DNA of 64,000 nt from Octopus vulgaris (GCA_951406725.2 OX597832.1:62310001-62374000); one strand, 5' to 3'; positions 40,629 to 56,687 are shown, counted from the stretch's first letter. Numbers and translations: made by a program. The notes: generated from the sequence alone by a model not told the origin.

Positions 40629-41104
40629 GGAATAAAGAAGTTGAAAGAAAAAAGTGGAAGAGAAATAGAAATATAGAAGGATAAAAAGTAGACATGAAGA
40701 AAACAAGAACGAAACGTGCGAAAGAAGGGGAAGAAGATGATGACGATGATGATGATAATGATGATGATGATGATGATGACTATAATGAAGAGGAAGATAC
40801 TATGCAACACAGTTGTGATAGTCATCATCATCATCATCATCTCCATCATCGTCATAGTCATCAACATCATCCTCGTTATCATCCTCTGTCGTTTTTGCTG
40901 CCCCCGTCGTGCTTGATTCCGACAGGAGGAAACTGAGTAGAATCCCGTCGTATACCTATGTGTATGCGTGTGTTTACATGTATGTGTTTATGTCTTTGTT
41001 TCTCAGTGCTTCACAACTGGTGAGATTTTAAAATGCCCCATGACTGTGTAATTCGGCTAAAGAAACCGATGAAATATATATCAGACTTTAAAAATCTCTT
41101 GCGC

Positions 41105-41325
41105 TGAGCAGGCAGAATCCTTAGACCAACTGGCAAAATGTTTAGCCACATTTCGCTCGCCTTTACTTTCTAAGTTCAAATTCTCGCAAAGTCAATTAGA
41201 TCTTTTATCGTTTCGGGGTTAACTCTACCCGCTCGCTCGAACTTGCTGTCGCTGTGCCAATAGTTTACGAATATTTGAAACCAATAGTTTACGAATATTT
41301 GAAACCAATAGTTTACGAATATTTG
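41105..41325 (+). mobile_element. Diverged family A SINE ending in a 24-bp x3 tandem
   Basis: GGCAGAATCCTTAG, AAGTTCAAATTC, TTTCGGGG; CCAATAGTTTACGAATATTTGAAA at 41257, 41281, 41305. Confidence 0.7.
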
Positions 41326-41583
41326 GTCCTGGCTACTTTCCGAGCAACACATATTCTTTTAACGCTTTGACGTCGACGCTCTGAATGGTGTCGAAACCAT
41401 AATGATATTTGTTAGGCAGCGGATGACGAGACGCATACGTTTCATGCGCTTGTTTAGTTGCATATGCTACTAAATTTCAGACTTTTGTGTTATGTGACCT
41501 TGTTTCTGTATTTGTTTTTCATTGAGATTCTAATTATGCGAAACGTTAACATTGTTTACAAAGTTATAGTGGATGGATGTGTG

Positions 41584-41690
<107 letters not shown>

Positions 41691-41776
41691 ATGTATATAC
41701 ATACATATATATACATACACGTATCCATATATACTTCTATGAACAGATTTATGCATTGTTGTTACTAAATCTCTCA

Positions 41777-41829
<53 letters not shown>

Positions 41830-42074
41830 CAAAAATGCTCAGCATTTTAAAACTGTTGTAATACTTACAACATTTAATAAAATGATGTAGTGCGAAACGA
41901 TCGTACCAAATTACCGAAGTTATTCTTGTTGCTTATTTTTATTATAATCACTCCATGGATTTACATGGATAACACCATAAAAATTTCTGGTGCATCTACC
42001 TTAAGTACCATATTCACTTGAATTAAAATTTTGCTGAACTTATATATATATATATGTATGTATCTATCTATATA

Positions 42075-42672
<598 letters not shown>

Positions 42673-42711
42673 GAGCAGTTACTGTTTATATCTCAGAGCA
42701 TATATATAGAG

Positions 42712-42756
<45 letters not shown>

Positions 42757-42760
42757 TATG

Positions 42761-42800
<40 letters not shown>

Positions 42801-43159
42801 TATGTAACTATATATATATATATATATATATATACTGTGAAGATGTATAAAACTAATAAAAGCAATTTTAAAGGGAATGAAATACGGGATGGCAAATAAA
42901 TTTATTCGGACTTTGATACAGAAACACGAGTTATCTACAAAAAAAATTTTTTTTTCATTTCCTTTAAAATTGCTTTTCTATCATTACTGCCTTTTCTATC
43001 CTGTAAGGTGTCCTGCCAAAGGTCACCTCTTTCTTGTGTATTTAAATAGTTAACACTGTTTATATATATACACTGGGGCTAAAAACAACAGTAGCATCGT
43101 CCTCTATGGGACTGCTACATCTTGTTGGCAATTATATCTTACAATATATATATATATAT

Positions 43160-43533
43160 TTCTGTTACACGTTTCAGTCATATGACTGCGGTCATGCTGG
43201 AGCACCGCCCTTAGTCGAATCAAATCGACCCGGGACTTATTCTTTGTAAGCCTAGTACTTATTCTATCTGTCTCTTATGCTGAACCGCTAATTTACGGTG
43301 ACGTAAACACACCAAGATCGGTTGTCAAGCGATGATGGCGGGACAAACACAGACACAAACATATACAGACATATATATGACGGGCTTCTTTCAGTTTCCG
43401 TTTACCAAATCCACCCACAAGGTTTCGCCCGGCCCAAGGCTATAGGAGACATTGGTCCAAGGTATTACGCAGTGGGACGAAACCCGGAACCATGTGGTTG
43501 GGAAGCAAGCTACTTACCACACAGCCACTCCTG
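43160..43533 (-). mobile_element. Family B SINE
   Basis: Full head, core and tail in reverse. Confidence 0.88.
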
Positions 43534-44451
43534 ATATATGTATATATGTATGTATGTATATATGTATGTGTGTATGCATGCATGTATGCATATATACATG
43601 TATGTGTGTGTTTATGTGTGGATGTTACTAACATATGTACAAGATGAGAAGTTTCTATATTTTTTTGTTTCTTTGTTTCTGAATTAAGACCTGAAAACAA
43701 GACTAGGTTAATATTTAAAAATGATTAATTTACCGGCTTTTATCAAAATACAAAAAAATATTCTTTAATAATACAGTTTAAGATTCATGTACATCATTGT
43801 TCATTCACACGTAAATATCATCTAATTTATAAGACAAAGCGGACTATACGGCAGTCCTGCTAATTAACAGATCTAGAGTGGGTTCTGATAAAATATTTAT
43901 TCTTTTAAGCTGACATACTTTCTTCGATGTAGAAAAATGAAAATCTAAGTCGATTTCATTAAAGATTCATAATAAATCGCAGATAATTCATTTTGACTCT
44001 TTCCCCTTTTAAAGAAGCTAGGAGGTTGATATTCGTGGCGAATTGGGCTGCGAATGCTAGCAGCTCTAGACATAACCTACAATCTTCAAGTCTGGCTCCT
44101 CAGCGGACTGAATATCACCAGCATTGAGATGAGAACGCATTGGTGTAAATGCAATACGCAATTTTTAAATTCTATTCATACATGAAATGCATGCGGTGCA
44201 CTAGTTTCTAAGGAATATGCTGAGAAGAGGTTGTATAAAAGGGAAATAACTTTGAGTTAAATAGAATATGGCACCTCAATTATGCAATCTAGAGAGGGAA
44301 AAGGTGAACTTAGAAAGAGGTGTGATAATATTTCTTCGATATGGCGTCCATTTCTATCTCCCCTGCTACTGAATATAATCCGAGAAAATTGGGCTTTTTG
44401 CCTGAAATCCGTTAAACTAATATTATAACTGTACATATGTATGTATGTGTG

Positions 44452-44488
<37 letters not shown>

Positions 44489-44526
44489 GTGTGTGTATGA
44501 ATATACATAATGTATATACATATATA

Positions 44527-45185
44527 TACTCTTTACTCTTTTACTCTTTTACTTGTTTCAGTCATTTGACTGCGGCCATGCTGGAGCACCGCCTTTTAGT
44601 CGAGTAAATCGACCTCAGAACTTATTCTTTGTAAGCCTAGTGCTTATTCTATCGGTCTCTATTGCCGAACCGCTAAGTTACGGGGATGTAAACACACCAG
44701 CATAGGTTGTCAAGCGATGTTGGGGGGACAAACACAGACACACAAACACATACACATACATATATATATATAAACATACATACATATATGGGACGGGCTT
44801 CTTTCAATTTCCGTCTACCAAATTCACTCACAAGGCTTTGGTCGGCTCGAGGCTATAGTAGAAGAAACTTCCCCAAGGTTCTACGCAGTGGAACTGAACC
44901 CGACACCATGTGGTTCGTAAGCAAGCTACTTACCACAGAGCTACTCCTACGCCTATACTCTTTACTCTTTTACTCTTTTACTTGTTTCAGTCATTTGACT
45001 GCGGCCATGCTGGAGCACCGCCTTTTTAGTCGAGAAAATCGACCCCGGGACTTATTCTTTGTAAGCCCAGTACTTATTCTATCGGTTTCTTTTGCCGAAC
45101 CGTTAAGTGACGGCGACGTAAACACACCAGCATTGGTTGTCAAGCAATGCTAGGGGGACAGACACAGACACACAAACATACACAC
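44527..45185 (-). mobile_element. Two tandem family B SINEs (full 44527-44955; 3' half 44956-45185)
   Basis: TACTCTTTACTCTTTTACTCTTTTACTTGTTTCAGTCATTTGACTGCGGCC appears twice. Confidence 0.9.
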
Positions 45186-45213
45186 ACACACACATATATA
45201 TATACATATATAC

Positions 45214-45265
<52 letters not shown>

Positions 45266-45308
45266 TATATAGATATATAGATATATATATATGTGTGTGT
45301 GTGTGTAG

Positions 45309-45367
<59 letters not shown>

Positions 45368-45729
45368 GTAGACAGACAGGCAAAGAGATATGTGTGTGTG
45401 TGTATGTGTGTGTGTGTGTATTTATAGGCCCTGTTATAACTCATTCATAATTGCGTATGGAGACAGCATGAGAGAGAAATTTACATCGAGCGGAGAAGCC
45501 TTTTTTTTTAAAGTTTCAAGTAATTGATCCGACTAGAGTTACATCTACAAGTCTATGTCAGAAAAGAGTAAGTTACCAACGAAGGCGGGATGTATTTGCA
45601 GCTCCTTTACACACACCAACATTCATTTTTTTCACGTGCATGTTTCTACGTATTGATATTTGTGAATGCGTGCTTCCAAACTTATTTACAAATGAACTTA
45701 GATATCTATACATGCACACACACACACAG

Positions 45730-45770
<41 letters not shown>

Positions 45771-45987
45771 CTAATATATGATTTTAAAGAAGTGTATTTA
45801 AGCAAATATGATAAAAATGCGCCCACATATACAATGCTGATACTGATACACATACGAATACATATATTATGAGTACATACTATATATATGCATACATACA
45901 TTTATACATACATACATATATAAATATACATATATATATATATATGTATATATGTATATATACACACATATATGTATATGTATATAT

Positions 45988-46026
<39 letters not shown>

Positions 46027-46149
46027 TATGTATATGTATGTATGTATATATATATACGCATATATATATGTGCGAGTGTCTATGTATATATACATATCTA
46101 TGTATATTTTCATAAAAAATATAATATTCTTTTATTTTCATTTTATTAT

Positions 46150-46510
46150 TCTTCTATTTGTTTCAATCATTTGACTGCGGCCATGCTGGAGCAACGCCTT
46201 TAGTCGAACAAATCGCCCCCCAGACTTATTCTTTGCAAGCCTAGTAGTTATTCTATCGAAGTCTTTTGCCGAACCGCTACGTTACACACCAACATCGGTT
46301 GTCAATCGATGGTGGGAAGACGTCATCCCCCACATATATATGCATATATATGCATATATATACGACAGGCTTACCTCAGTTTCCGTCCGCGAAATCCACT
46401 CACAGGGCTATGATAGAAGACACCTGCCCAAGGTGCCATGCAGTTCCAGTGAAGCTGGAGTCATGTGGCTGGTAAGCAGGCTACTTACCACGCAGCCACT
46501 CATGCGCCTA
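46150..46510 (-). mobile_element. Family B SINE, diverged
   Basis: TTGACTGCGGCCATGCTGGAGCA...CCCAAGGTGCCATGCAG..CACGCAGCCACTCATGCGCCTA. Confidence 0.82.
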
Positions 46511-46655
46511 GTGTATATTTGCTTAGTAACATTTGGTATATAAGTCTATTTGTATATTTAAAGACACAGAGTGGTTTTCCCTAACAGGTACAGATACGAG
46601 TATACAAACACATGCGTTAAGAGTTGCTTCTATGCAAATATGTGCAAAATTACGC

Positions 46656-46704
<49 letters not shown>

Positions 46705-47355
46705 GATATCAATTTTTCTGTGTCCATGGGTGTCTACGATGTAAATATACCATCATAAAATTAAAAGCATTTTGAAATAAAACTATTTTGTATATTTTTG
46801 TATTTTTGAGAAGAAGAAGGAAATATAAACCATATACCAATATGCTGTGTGTACACAGACATACACTCTCATACATATACACAGATAGGTATATATACGT
46901 ACTTATCTATACGTACATTTGCATAGATATATATGTGAGTGAGTGTGTGTGTGTATGAGTGTGTAAGCACAAATCGTAAATTCTCACTGCTTATAGCTTG
47001 ATTCATATCGATAGAATATGTCATAGACTAATAAAGACAAAATGAAGAGACGGGAAGAGGAGAGACCAAGAATGAGAGAGATAGATAGATAGAGAGACTG
47101 ACTGTCAGACAGACGATCAGAGTGAGAGAGAGTGAGAGAATGAGAATGATAACGTGTGGGAAAATATCTTTATATGAAACGCGTGTTTTATTGATGTTAT
47201 ACAACTAAACATATACAAAGGAAAAAAATAATGTCGGGAAAAACCACTATTGAAACAAAACATAGTTTTGCGAGACAATATAGATACATATAGATAGATA
47301 GACATATGTATTGATATATATATATGTACATATATTATATATGTACGTTTATATG

Positions 47356-47388
<33 letters not shown>

Positions 47389-47695
47389 ATGTATGTAATC
47401 ATATCACCATGTTATATGATATTTTATTATATTAATATTTCATTACTTGTTTATTATTATTTCTTTATAGCTAGTATATATAATGACATCTCGCTCGATA
47501 AAACCTACTTAACTTACTTGGTTAATATAGAAATTCCCAATCGTTGATAGTTAAAAGTGTTTTAAATATCCATCTATCTAACATTCTATCTATCAAGCTA
47601 TTTATCAATCAATCAATCAATCAGTCAAACAATCTATCCATCTATTTATCAATCAATCAATCAATCAAACAATCTATCCATCTATTTACCTATCT

Positions 47696-48633
47696 GTGGA
47701 GGGGAGTTACGACGAAGATCTCGGGGCGAACCCGGGCGTCGACGAGGAATACCTGACCCGCCTGTTCAAGACGACTTTCGGGCCAGGGCCCATGGAAAAT
47801 TTCCAGAGATCCCTGGCCTGGTAGTGTTACCGAGAAGCACTACCCTTTCGGGATAAGCTCTACAGATACGGTTCGAAAACCACCGGACCGATCTGCCCAA
47901 GATGGGGTCAGAGCGACGAAACCGTTCTGCACGCACTCGTGCAGTGTCCAGATACTTCAGAGCTGTGGACCTTCGTCGAACGGCTGTTGTCGCGTGTGGG
48001 ACGGGCCCGCTTGTCAGTCGAATCTATTGTGAATATTGTTCCACCACCTTCTTTTAAACGGGAAGTAAAAACAGTTTTCGTAACACTGATAGCTATGGCG
48101 AAAGAATGCGTGTGGTGGACGCGTTTGAAAGGCTTACAAACAAACACTTTCCACTCTGGTCAGTCTCTCCTCAACTGTTTCAAGTACCACTTGAAAAGGA
48201 GGATAAGAATAGAGAGGAAAGTGTTGTCAAATGAAAGTTTAAAAAAAAAAATGGGTAAATGTGGCAAGAATGGTAAGTATGAAAACGACACCATTTTAAG
48301 CATAAATCTATAGCAAAAAGAGAAAACGAGAGGAAAGGTACTTACTCTTATGTACATTTTGAACTGCCTGAGGTGACCTTGGGCTTTTTCGTAGGTTTTT
48401 CTTTCCAAAGCTACACCTATACTGTGAACAATATCGATTTCCCCTCTTTTTTTTTGGTGGGAGGGACTTTATATATTTCTTTCTGTTTTTTTTCTTGTAC
48501 ACCACATAACCCAATGATCCCTAGTGATCGAAATTTTTCTTTGTGTTCCACCCATCCCACCCCGAAAAGAAAACCTCTACATTGTATTTCGTCTATTTTC
48601 TGTTTTTAGCCCTGTGTGACCATAATAAAAAGA
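47696..48633 (+). mobile_element. L1/Tx1-group LINE 3' end (zf-RVT region plus 3' UTR) in a (TATC)n tract
   Basis: FQRSLAW*CYREALPFRDKLYR..ICPRWGQSDETVLHALVQCP..LW..V...AKECVWWTR; stop at 47822; ends AATAAAAAGA; TCTA/TCAA repeats on both sides. Confidence 0.85.
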
Positions 48634-48715
48634 TATCTATCTATCTGTCTATCTATCTATCTGTCTATCTATCTACTTGACTGTCTGTCTGTCTGTCTAT
48701 CTCTCTGCCAGTCTT

Positions 48716-48794
<79 letters not shown>

Positions 48795-48899
48795 GTCTTC
48801 CTCTCTCTGCCTCTCTCTCCTTCCGTCCATCTCTTTCTATGTATATTTATTTATATATATATGTACGTACACAAACGCACACAAACACAGCACACACGC

Positions 48900-48948
<49 letters not shown>

Positions 48949-49035
48949 CACACATATATATATATATATATATACGATATATGATATATATTATATTTTG
49001 ATATACATACACAAATACGTATATGTTTCAGTATG

Positions 49036-49072
<37 letters not shown>

Positions 49073-49639
49073 TTGTATGTGTGTGAGTGTGTGTATGTGT
49101 GTGTGTGAGAGAGAGAGAGAGGGGTGTCGATATTTAAAGCCTATTTGGCTAGTTTATACCATGCATGTGGTGTTTAGCTGTAGAATGAAACCGAAAAATA
49201 TTCCAAGGTGTAACCGTGTATCCCATGATGAACATGATATTGACGTTTCCCTTAAGGCATTAACTTTCCTTCCTAATCACAGCCTAAATTCCTTAATTAA
49301 CAGATAAAATTCCTAAGTTAATATTAACATTGGTACCTGCACTAACAAGCAATTTAACGAGAAAAATAGATTTAGGGAAAGCAAAAAAAAAAAAAAAAGA
49401 ACTATATCATGCAATGAATAAGATTTTCACTTCTCTGACTCTTACGAGAGATAACTACTGAAACGCTTAATAATTGTAAAACCAACGTTCAAGAGTCTTC
49501 AATTTTTAGTTGAAGTTATTAGAATTGCTCAGAAATTGTGCAAAACTGGCTAGGTGTCAGAAAAAATATACAGTTTTTTCAAATTAATTTTATTATTATT
49601 TAAATATGCTAGTTGTATATTAAACCAAGCTTCTTAGAA

Positions 49640-50420
49640 TTATCAAGGTGAAGTAACTTATCTCAGCCAATAAAAAGTTTTCTTAATTAGAATCTTTAAA
49701 ACTTTGAAATTTTTGCAATTAAGAACATCTCAGAACATGAAACCGGTGGAGTTTTTTGAGGGTGTTTTAAATTGTTATTTGCTTTTCGAAAACTTGGAAA
49801 ATATATGAAAGTGTAATAAACAATTGTTGAGAGACTGGGAATGACAGGTAGTTGAGGTAGAATTCCGGAGCCAAATACTTTCAACTTTTTGTTGCGTTAA
49901 TGTGACCTAATTTCGTCACGAGTTGTTGTGCAGAACAGGCCTTTCAGGACTGCGTGACAATAGGCATAAATGTTGGCGGTTTGGGCGGTTTATTGGTTAT
50001 ATTCTTTAAACTTAGAATTCCGTTACAATTTTAACAACAGACGTGGTTGTTTCCCTCTGATAACCCACAAAATGTGATAATTATTTTTTATTAATGCAAC
50101 TCCGTTTCGGAAAATATTTTGATGTTTCACCTTAACGAAGCTACAGAACAGAACGACATCGTCTACTGCATGGAAATTACTTTTTGGCGCCATAGGAAAT
50201 TCAATGTTTTGTTGAGCTTGTTTTCTTTATGACAAGGTGTCAATATCGAATAACATCTCAATGGGCCGCATTTTATTTTTCAGCAAAACTTAAGAAATAT
50301 TTAAACAAGATTCGCTTCAGTGATTGCACTCAATTGTTAATTGTCAGTCGAAGTTCGTCAGCCACAATTCTTGACGTATAGACGATTTATGAATGTTGCA
50401 AACATTTTCGTCTGGTTGAG
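49640..50420 (-). pseudogene. Decayed mariner transposase
   Basis: QKLKVFGSGILPQLPVIPSLST.VYY.F resembles QKL.ELGWEVLPHPPYSPDLAPSDYHLF; upstream ELH..KIII..CG.SEG resembles LHPKKVML.VWWD.KG. Confidence 0.6.
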
Positions 50421-50507
50421 TTCCATGCTAAAAATATCTTACATTTGACGATCTGATACAGACAAGAAGAAAGAACGAAAGCAATAGATATAGATACAAA
50501 GATATGC

Positions 50508-50542
<35 letters not shown>

Positions 50543-50561
50543 TCTAGCTATGTTGGTATCT

Positions 50562-50608
<47 letters not shown>

Positions 50609-51177
50609 CATATATACATATATAGTCAAATACCTACATAGCTAGATAACTAGATACATACAGACATGTACGTATACCTTCGTATATAATTTGCATTCAT
50701 ACGTACACAGAAATATACATACAGATAGACTCCCTGATGCATATACACACACAGATATGCATATAGAGATAGATTGCTTGGTACAGGTAAAGATACATGC
50801 TCAACTACCCACCGATATCTATTCATACATGTACACACATTTTGATACAAATATAATATTCCTTGATATGGCAGTATTTGTCTTCGTCGAATCATGATGT
50901 GCATGTTTAACATCTATTTGTGTTTCTTCGCGTTTGTGCTTCCATATGTCTGTGCTTGAGGGGTGATATTTTCCTATTATCACAGTTGTAGTTAATATAT
51001 TTTCAAAAAATATTATACGTGTTTTTTAAGGAGTCCCTTTAAGTGGATGAATATGCTAATGATTTGTGATATACATCACAAGCACGTACATACAAACGGT
51101 TCTCTATCTCTCTCTCTCCACACACACTCATACTCTCACGTAAACACACACATACACACACACACACATACACACAC

Positions 51178-51500
51178 ACTGGTGATCCGTCAGTTACCAC
51201 GACGTGTATTTCAGCTGATCCAATCAACGAAACAGTCTGCTCATGAAATTAACTTCCAAGTGTCTAAGCAGTTCGCTGACACGTGACCCTTGACGTAGTT
51301 CTCAGGAAGATTCAGCGTAGCTCAGGATGTGACAAGGCTGCCCCTTCGAAATACACGTAGAACTCGTTTTTGCCGGTCGAGGGGACTGGAGCAACAATAA
51401 ATAAAGTGTCTTGCTCAAGGACCCAACGCTCACCAGCAATCGAACTAAAGACCTTGCGTTCGTGGACTAAATACCATAACCTCTTATCCACGCACCTTCA
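51178..51500 (-). mobile_element. Family C SINE
   Basis: Reverse match to 23277-23585 (AAAGTGTCTTGCTCAAGGAC, GATCCAATCAACG.AACAG.CTGCTC.TGAAATTA). Confidence 0.8.
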
Positions 51501-51518
51501 AAGGCACAGGCACACATT

Positions 51519-51980
51519 TAGAGGGTGGCACATGAAAAAGTGGCCCGGGTTCCGTGGCTTTGTATAGATACAGAATTAAAATTAATCACAGGAAAAAGCA
51601 TCCAGCCTTTCGTTTGCAATTGTCATTATCTTATTTCGACTGTTTTCTTACGTTATCCTCACCACATCTTCACCTCCTTTGTTGATTGTAAGATTGCAGT
51701 TAGTGAACATTCGTAGCCTTTTCTACGAGATGATGTAGTCAATAGCAGAAGGATTGTGGGAGCCTATGAGAGAACGGGATCTGTTAAGCAATCGCGTGAA
51801 AATTCTGAAGTCAAGGTTCGGGCAAAGGCTTAAAGGTAAAGAGAACGATACAAATATTGGTTAAGAAGTGGCGTGCAACGGAATCAGTGCACGACGCCAC
51901 AAAAGAAAGACGTTAGAGTTTGAACGCCCGATTTTCAGGATATTCATCGACAGATTACTGAAAGTCGAAAGAAGTCAGCA
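51519..51980 (+). mobile_element. Possible Tc1/mariner-superfamily 5' end
   Basis: TA-GAGGGTGGCACATGAAAAAGTGGCCC TIR-like start; RRIVGAYERTGSVKQSR resembles an N-terminal HTH. Confidence 0.35.
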
Positions 51981-52163
51981 AATGCATTGGTGCAGCAGTC
52001 CTACATTTCACATGTGTACAACGATCAAAAGCCTACCTTTTTCAGGTGAAACAGCACAATGACACTTGCAAACGAAAGATTGGGTGCTGTTTTTGTGCGA
52101 GTAAATTCATTTCTGTATTTACACTAGACTGCGGAACTGCAGGCTACTTTTGCGTGTGTCATC

Positions 52164-52252
<89 letters not shown>

Positions 52253-52278
52253 TATACATACATATATATATATATATT

Positions 52279-52698
52279 CCTTTATTCTTTTACTTGTTTC
52301 AGTTATTTGACTGCGGCCATGCTGGAGCACCATCTGTAGTCGAGGAAATTCGACCCCAGAGTTTATTGTTTGGAAGCCTAGTACTTATTCTTTTGCTCTA
52401 TTTTGCCGAACCGCTAAGTTAGGGGGACGTAAACACACCAAAATTGGTTGTCAAGCGATGTTGGGGATACAAACACAGACACACAAACAAATACACACAC
52501 ATACACACACAGACAAACAGAGAAACATATATACGACAATCTTCTACCAGTTTCCGTCTTCCAAATCCACTTACAAGGTTTTGGTCAGCCCGAAGTTATA
52601 GTAGAAGACACTTGCCCAAGGTTCCACGCAGTGGGACTGAACCCATGATCATGTGATTGGTAAACAAGCTACTTATCACAGAGCGACTCCTGCGCCTA
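52279..52698 (-). mobile_element. Family B SINE
   Basis: Full head, core and tail in reverse. Confidence 0.86.
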
Positions 52699-52700
52699 TA

Positions 52701-52745
<45 letters not shown>

Positions 52746-52770
52746 GCATACGTACATACATATATATATA

Positions 52771-52864
<94 letters not shown>

Positions 52865-54059
52865 CATACATATATACACATATATATATATATATATATG
52901 TGTGTGTATATACATATATAGGTAGATAGATCGATACATACATAGATGCACGCATACGTACACACATACAGATATGCAATCGTACAAACATACATGTACA
53001 AATACATACATACGCGCGTGTACTGTCTAACTTCCCTGCTTTGAAATTTCTCCCGTCCTACTTAAACAATCTCCCGTATTCCTAGAATCTTTAAATCCAA
53101 TACTTATAGCGTTCGCACGATCGATTATATCTGAAATATCTATCCTACTGAATGCAACGCACATATAATAATAATAAAAAGTAATCACGATATATCGAAT
53201 AATTTTATAAAATGTAATAAATTTTTATCGATCGTCAAATAGTGTGTCCATGTTTCATATTTCTAGGATATTTATAAAGGCTAATAGTATATTTATGGCA
53301 CGTTGATTAATTTATGCCGTAAGCATTAGCGTTTAATAGCGCTTTCATTATCTCTCTATATATTGCAATAAAGTTTTGTGTAGGTTCCGCGTAAGTAACA
53401 AAAACGACACTTATTCCAAATAATATATTGGTTAGAAAAGGAAAATGACAGAATATATATTCCACAGGTATTGTGTTCAAATCATAGGAGGATATTTCGT
53501 TGTCACTTGTTATTTTTTATTGTTGTTGGTGTCATCGTTCTTGTTGCTGTTGTTGTTTTTGTTGTTGTTGTTATTGTTGTTGTTGTTGTTGTTTCTTGAA
53601 TCCAACTCTGGCATGATTTGGTATATTTACTTACAATGGCGTTCCATCGAAGAGAAACTCACATCGTTCCCTTTCCCATATACTATGCGTCCACATTTAC
53701 ATATTCCAAAGTGTCTTTTATTTATTTGAGGCACGTTTCTTTGCTATTTCTATCTGATCAGCTTGGTATGCCAGATACAGTTTTCCTTCCCGCCAAAACC
53801 GGCTACGCCAAAACGACTCATACCCGCGCAGACATACTTCACATGCACCAACATGTCTGACATATCTACAAAAATATCTATACGATATATTTCCCCATTT
53901 GTTAATCCTTGCTTCATTATTGTGTGTCCAGCGACATAAGTATCCTTAGTTCTCTGTTACACCAGATTTCAACGCAAACGAAAGAGATAAATTAATTCAA
54001 GCTGCAGGAGAATGTTGTCCCTTCATGACTAAATCATTGATTATATATTAAATCTAGAG

Positions 54060-54296
54060 CTGTAGTTCCAAAAACTTTTTTAACTATGGACCATTTTTAA
54101 TTCCTATTTTACTCGACTGGACCTCCAGAGGCTTAAAGCAATTGTTTCATATTTTTATAATTATTTTTAGGAATTGTATAAAGAAACTGTTAAAGCATTT
54201 TCTCTATTCTACAAGTACAATCGATTAATTTCACATGAATTTTTTCAGCTTATATGATTCCCCAAGGATCATATAGAACCCGGTTGAGAAGCAAAC
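54060..54296. mobile_element. Non-autonomous hAT (Charlie-like) MITE, old
   Basis: Ends CTGTAGTTCC.AA / TTGAGAAGCAAAC; 8-bp TSD-like ATCTAGAG (54052-54059) and CTCTAGAG (54297-54304). Confidence 0.5.
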
Positions 54297-54778
54297 CTCT
54301 AGAGGTTCTTTTCAAATTTCCGTGCCATCTATAATCAAAAACAATTTAATGTACTATATGTTTAAATATCCGAAACACAAAAACAAACCGTATTTCCAGT
54401 ATACAAGTCGACGCAGGATATAATGTAAACATGGTAATCTAAACATTCAAGCATTGTCAGTGAATTTCTCAATCCTGGAATGTTTGGCCCTCTAAATTGT
54501 ATTTGGTGTATTAGTCGCCGTTCTTATTTTTTTATTGTAAATTCGACTCTTATGCCGGAAAATACAGTATATTTCGATTACTAATTGCAAATGGTTTGTT
54601 GCCTTCAGACTTTCGTCATAGTTATTTTCACTCTGATTTCAAATCCTACCATTAGCTAACACGGACATATAAGAATACCACGAAGCCGAGGATCCAGATA
54701 GTTTGCAATTTTGCCAATGTCGGTGGATCTGTAAGGAAGAGAGGTCATGAGCACTAACTTCCTTCTTGACTCAGTGCA

Positions 54779-54817
<39 letters not shown>

Positions 54818-56652
54818 GGACACGGACATACGCATGCACACACACGCATATACATACACATACAGACACACACATATATTTACACATGTACAGAGAGGGA
54901 GAGAGAAGACAAAGCATAGTGGCCACTTTCGAGTGAGGTATCTTTTCATCATATATTTAGCATCTTGATTTGTCTAAATAGTCACGAGCAACACTCCACC
55001 AGAATCACCCCACCACCACCACGCTGTATCCTGTGAAACATTTACAATGTAGCAGTCAGTACAAGTGAAGAATGCTCCATGATGTTTTATTCATTTTCAT
55101 CCGTGTAACTTGGGGCAACGTAAAATGAATTGCTTTGCTCAATGTGATAATGCACCGCTTCGTCGAGAAATCGAACCTGTGATTCTTATTTTCGTGTGTC
55201 CAACACTGTCAACAAATAGACCAAAATAATGGTTGTTCTATATTGTATTAACAAATTCTTGCACTACGTTAATCCTGTAATGTTCTAACAAGTATTTCCG
55301 TGACTATAGTTGCGTTCAGGACTTAAGTGAATTTTAACTTTGATGTCTGCTGCTTTAATAACAAATTCATATGAAACGAGAATCGCTACGCGTTTGATAT
55401 ATCGGCGTCCCGTTGATTGCGAATCTTTCTAGAATGTTCATCCCATGTTTGGTTGTTAATTATGTTTTGATGCGAGTGTAATTATGATATCATAATGGGG
55501 GAGAGGGAAGGGTCTGCTAAAAATTTTTCGAGAAATTGATCATTCAGATCAAGAAAGAATTGCAGTATTGATGGTCACTTCTCTATTCATCTTCGAAAAG
55601 ATTATGTATTTATTCATCTTTTTAGTTGGAAGGATTATAAGATTAAATGCGACAGCTTTAGTGCCTCTCTTTGCAGAATATTCAACAGCTTTTAATTGCC
55701 TGTTAATAATGCCAACTTCATTAATTCTTGCGTTGTTAGTTTATTTATGATTGGTTCGTAACTAACTTCGGTCTTTATTCTTTGTCATGTTGGTGCGGGC
55801 TTCATTCCATCGTTATTGTGCAGGCTGTTTTTGTTGTCTATTAATCCCAGCTTAAAACACTGATCAAGCAGCCTTTCATCAAAGACTTTCCATCCATGAT
55901 CGACTCGTCTTTTGCAAGATGTTTCCAATGGCCATTTCGTTGTTTAAAGAGAGTAAAGCAAACTTTCAAACAAGTTTTGCTGCTAAATCAAAACTAACCG
56001 AACTACAACTCTGCGGATCCTTCTTTGTCTCAACTTATACTGAAGTTCTGTGGTAGGAGAGACTCGGTGGAACAACGACCAACCAATTAAGTTTGAGTCG
56101 TGAGTTCTAATCTCGACTGGTTAATTTTTTTGCAATATTAAGGAATAATCACGTATTGAGAATCGACATCATTAAGTGCCCAGTAAAATCCCCCAGGATT
56201 TCACCAATGTTAAAATAGGATAATATTTAAATATTCAAGAGAATGAATTAACACCCACAGTCAGATGGTTAAAATTGAGGTTTGTTTCCCATTTCAGTAA
56301 TTCTAAGCCAATTCTCCAACAGAGATTACATTTTGTTTTCATGCAGACAATATGAAGTGGGGATCAAATTGCAATACCCAAAGCACAAGATAAAGAGACT
56401 CACTTGAAACGGAATATCTACAGAGAAACAGCGAAAAGTTTCAACGACATATTATCTGTTAAAGCTTCACTGGCGCACGCATAGATACCTTCAGATATGT
56501 ATACACGCAAACGGCTACATACATACATATGTATACTTGCATGTGCAAGTATATATGTATGCGTGTGTACGTGTGTGTGTGCGCACGCGAGCGTGTATCT
56601 GTGAATGTGAGCGCATATCTACAGAAACATATATTAGGAGCTATATATTTAA

Positions 56653-56687
<35 letters not shown>

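Noticed and set aside
41257-41325. 24-bp repeats as a CRISPR array
   Set aside because: No spacers, eukaryotic context, SINE-tail slippage
54660-54745. Possible minus-strand exon after TTCCTTACAG
   Set aside because: Weak donor, short unrecognised peptide
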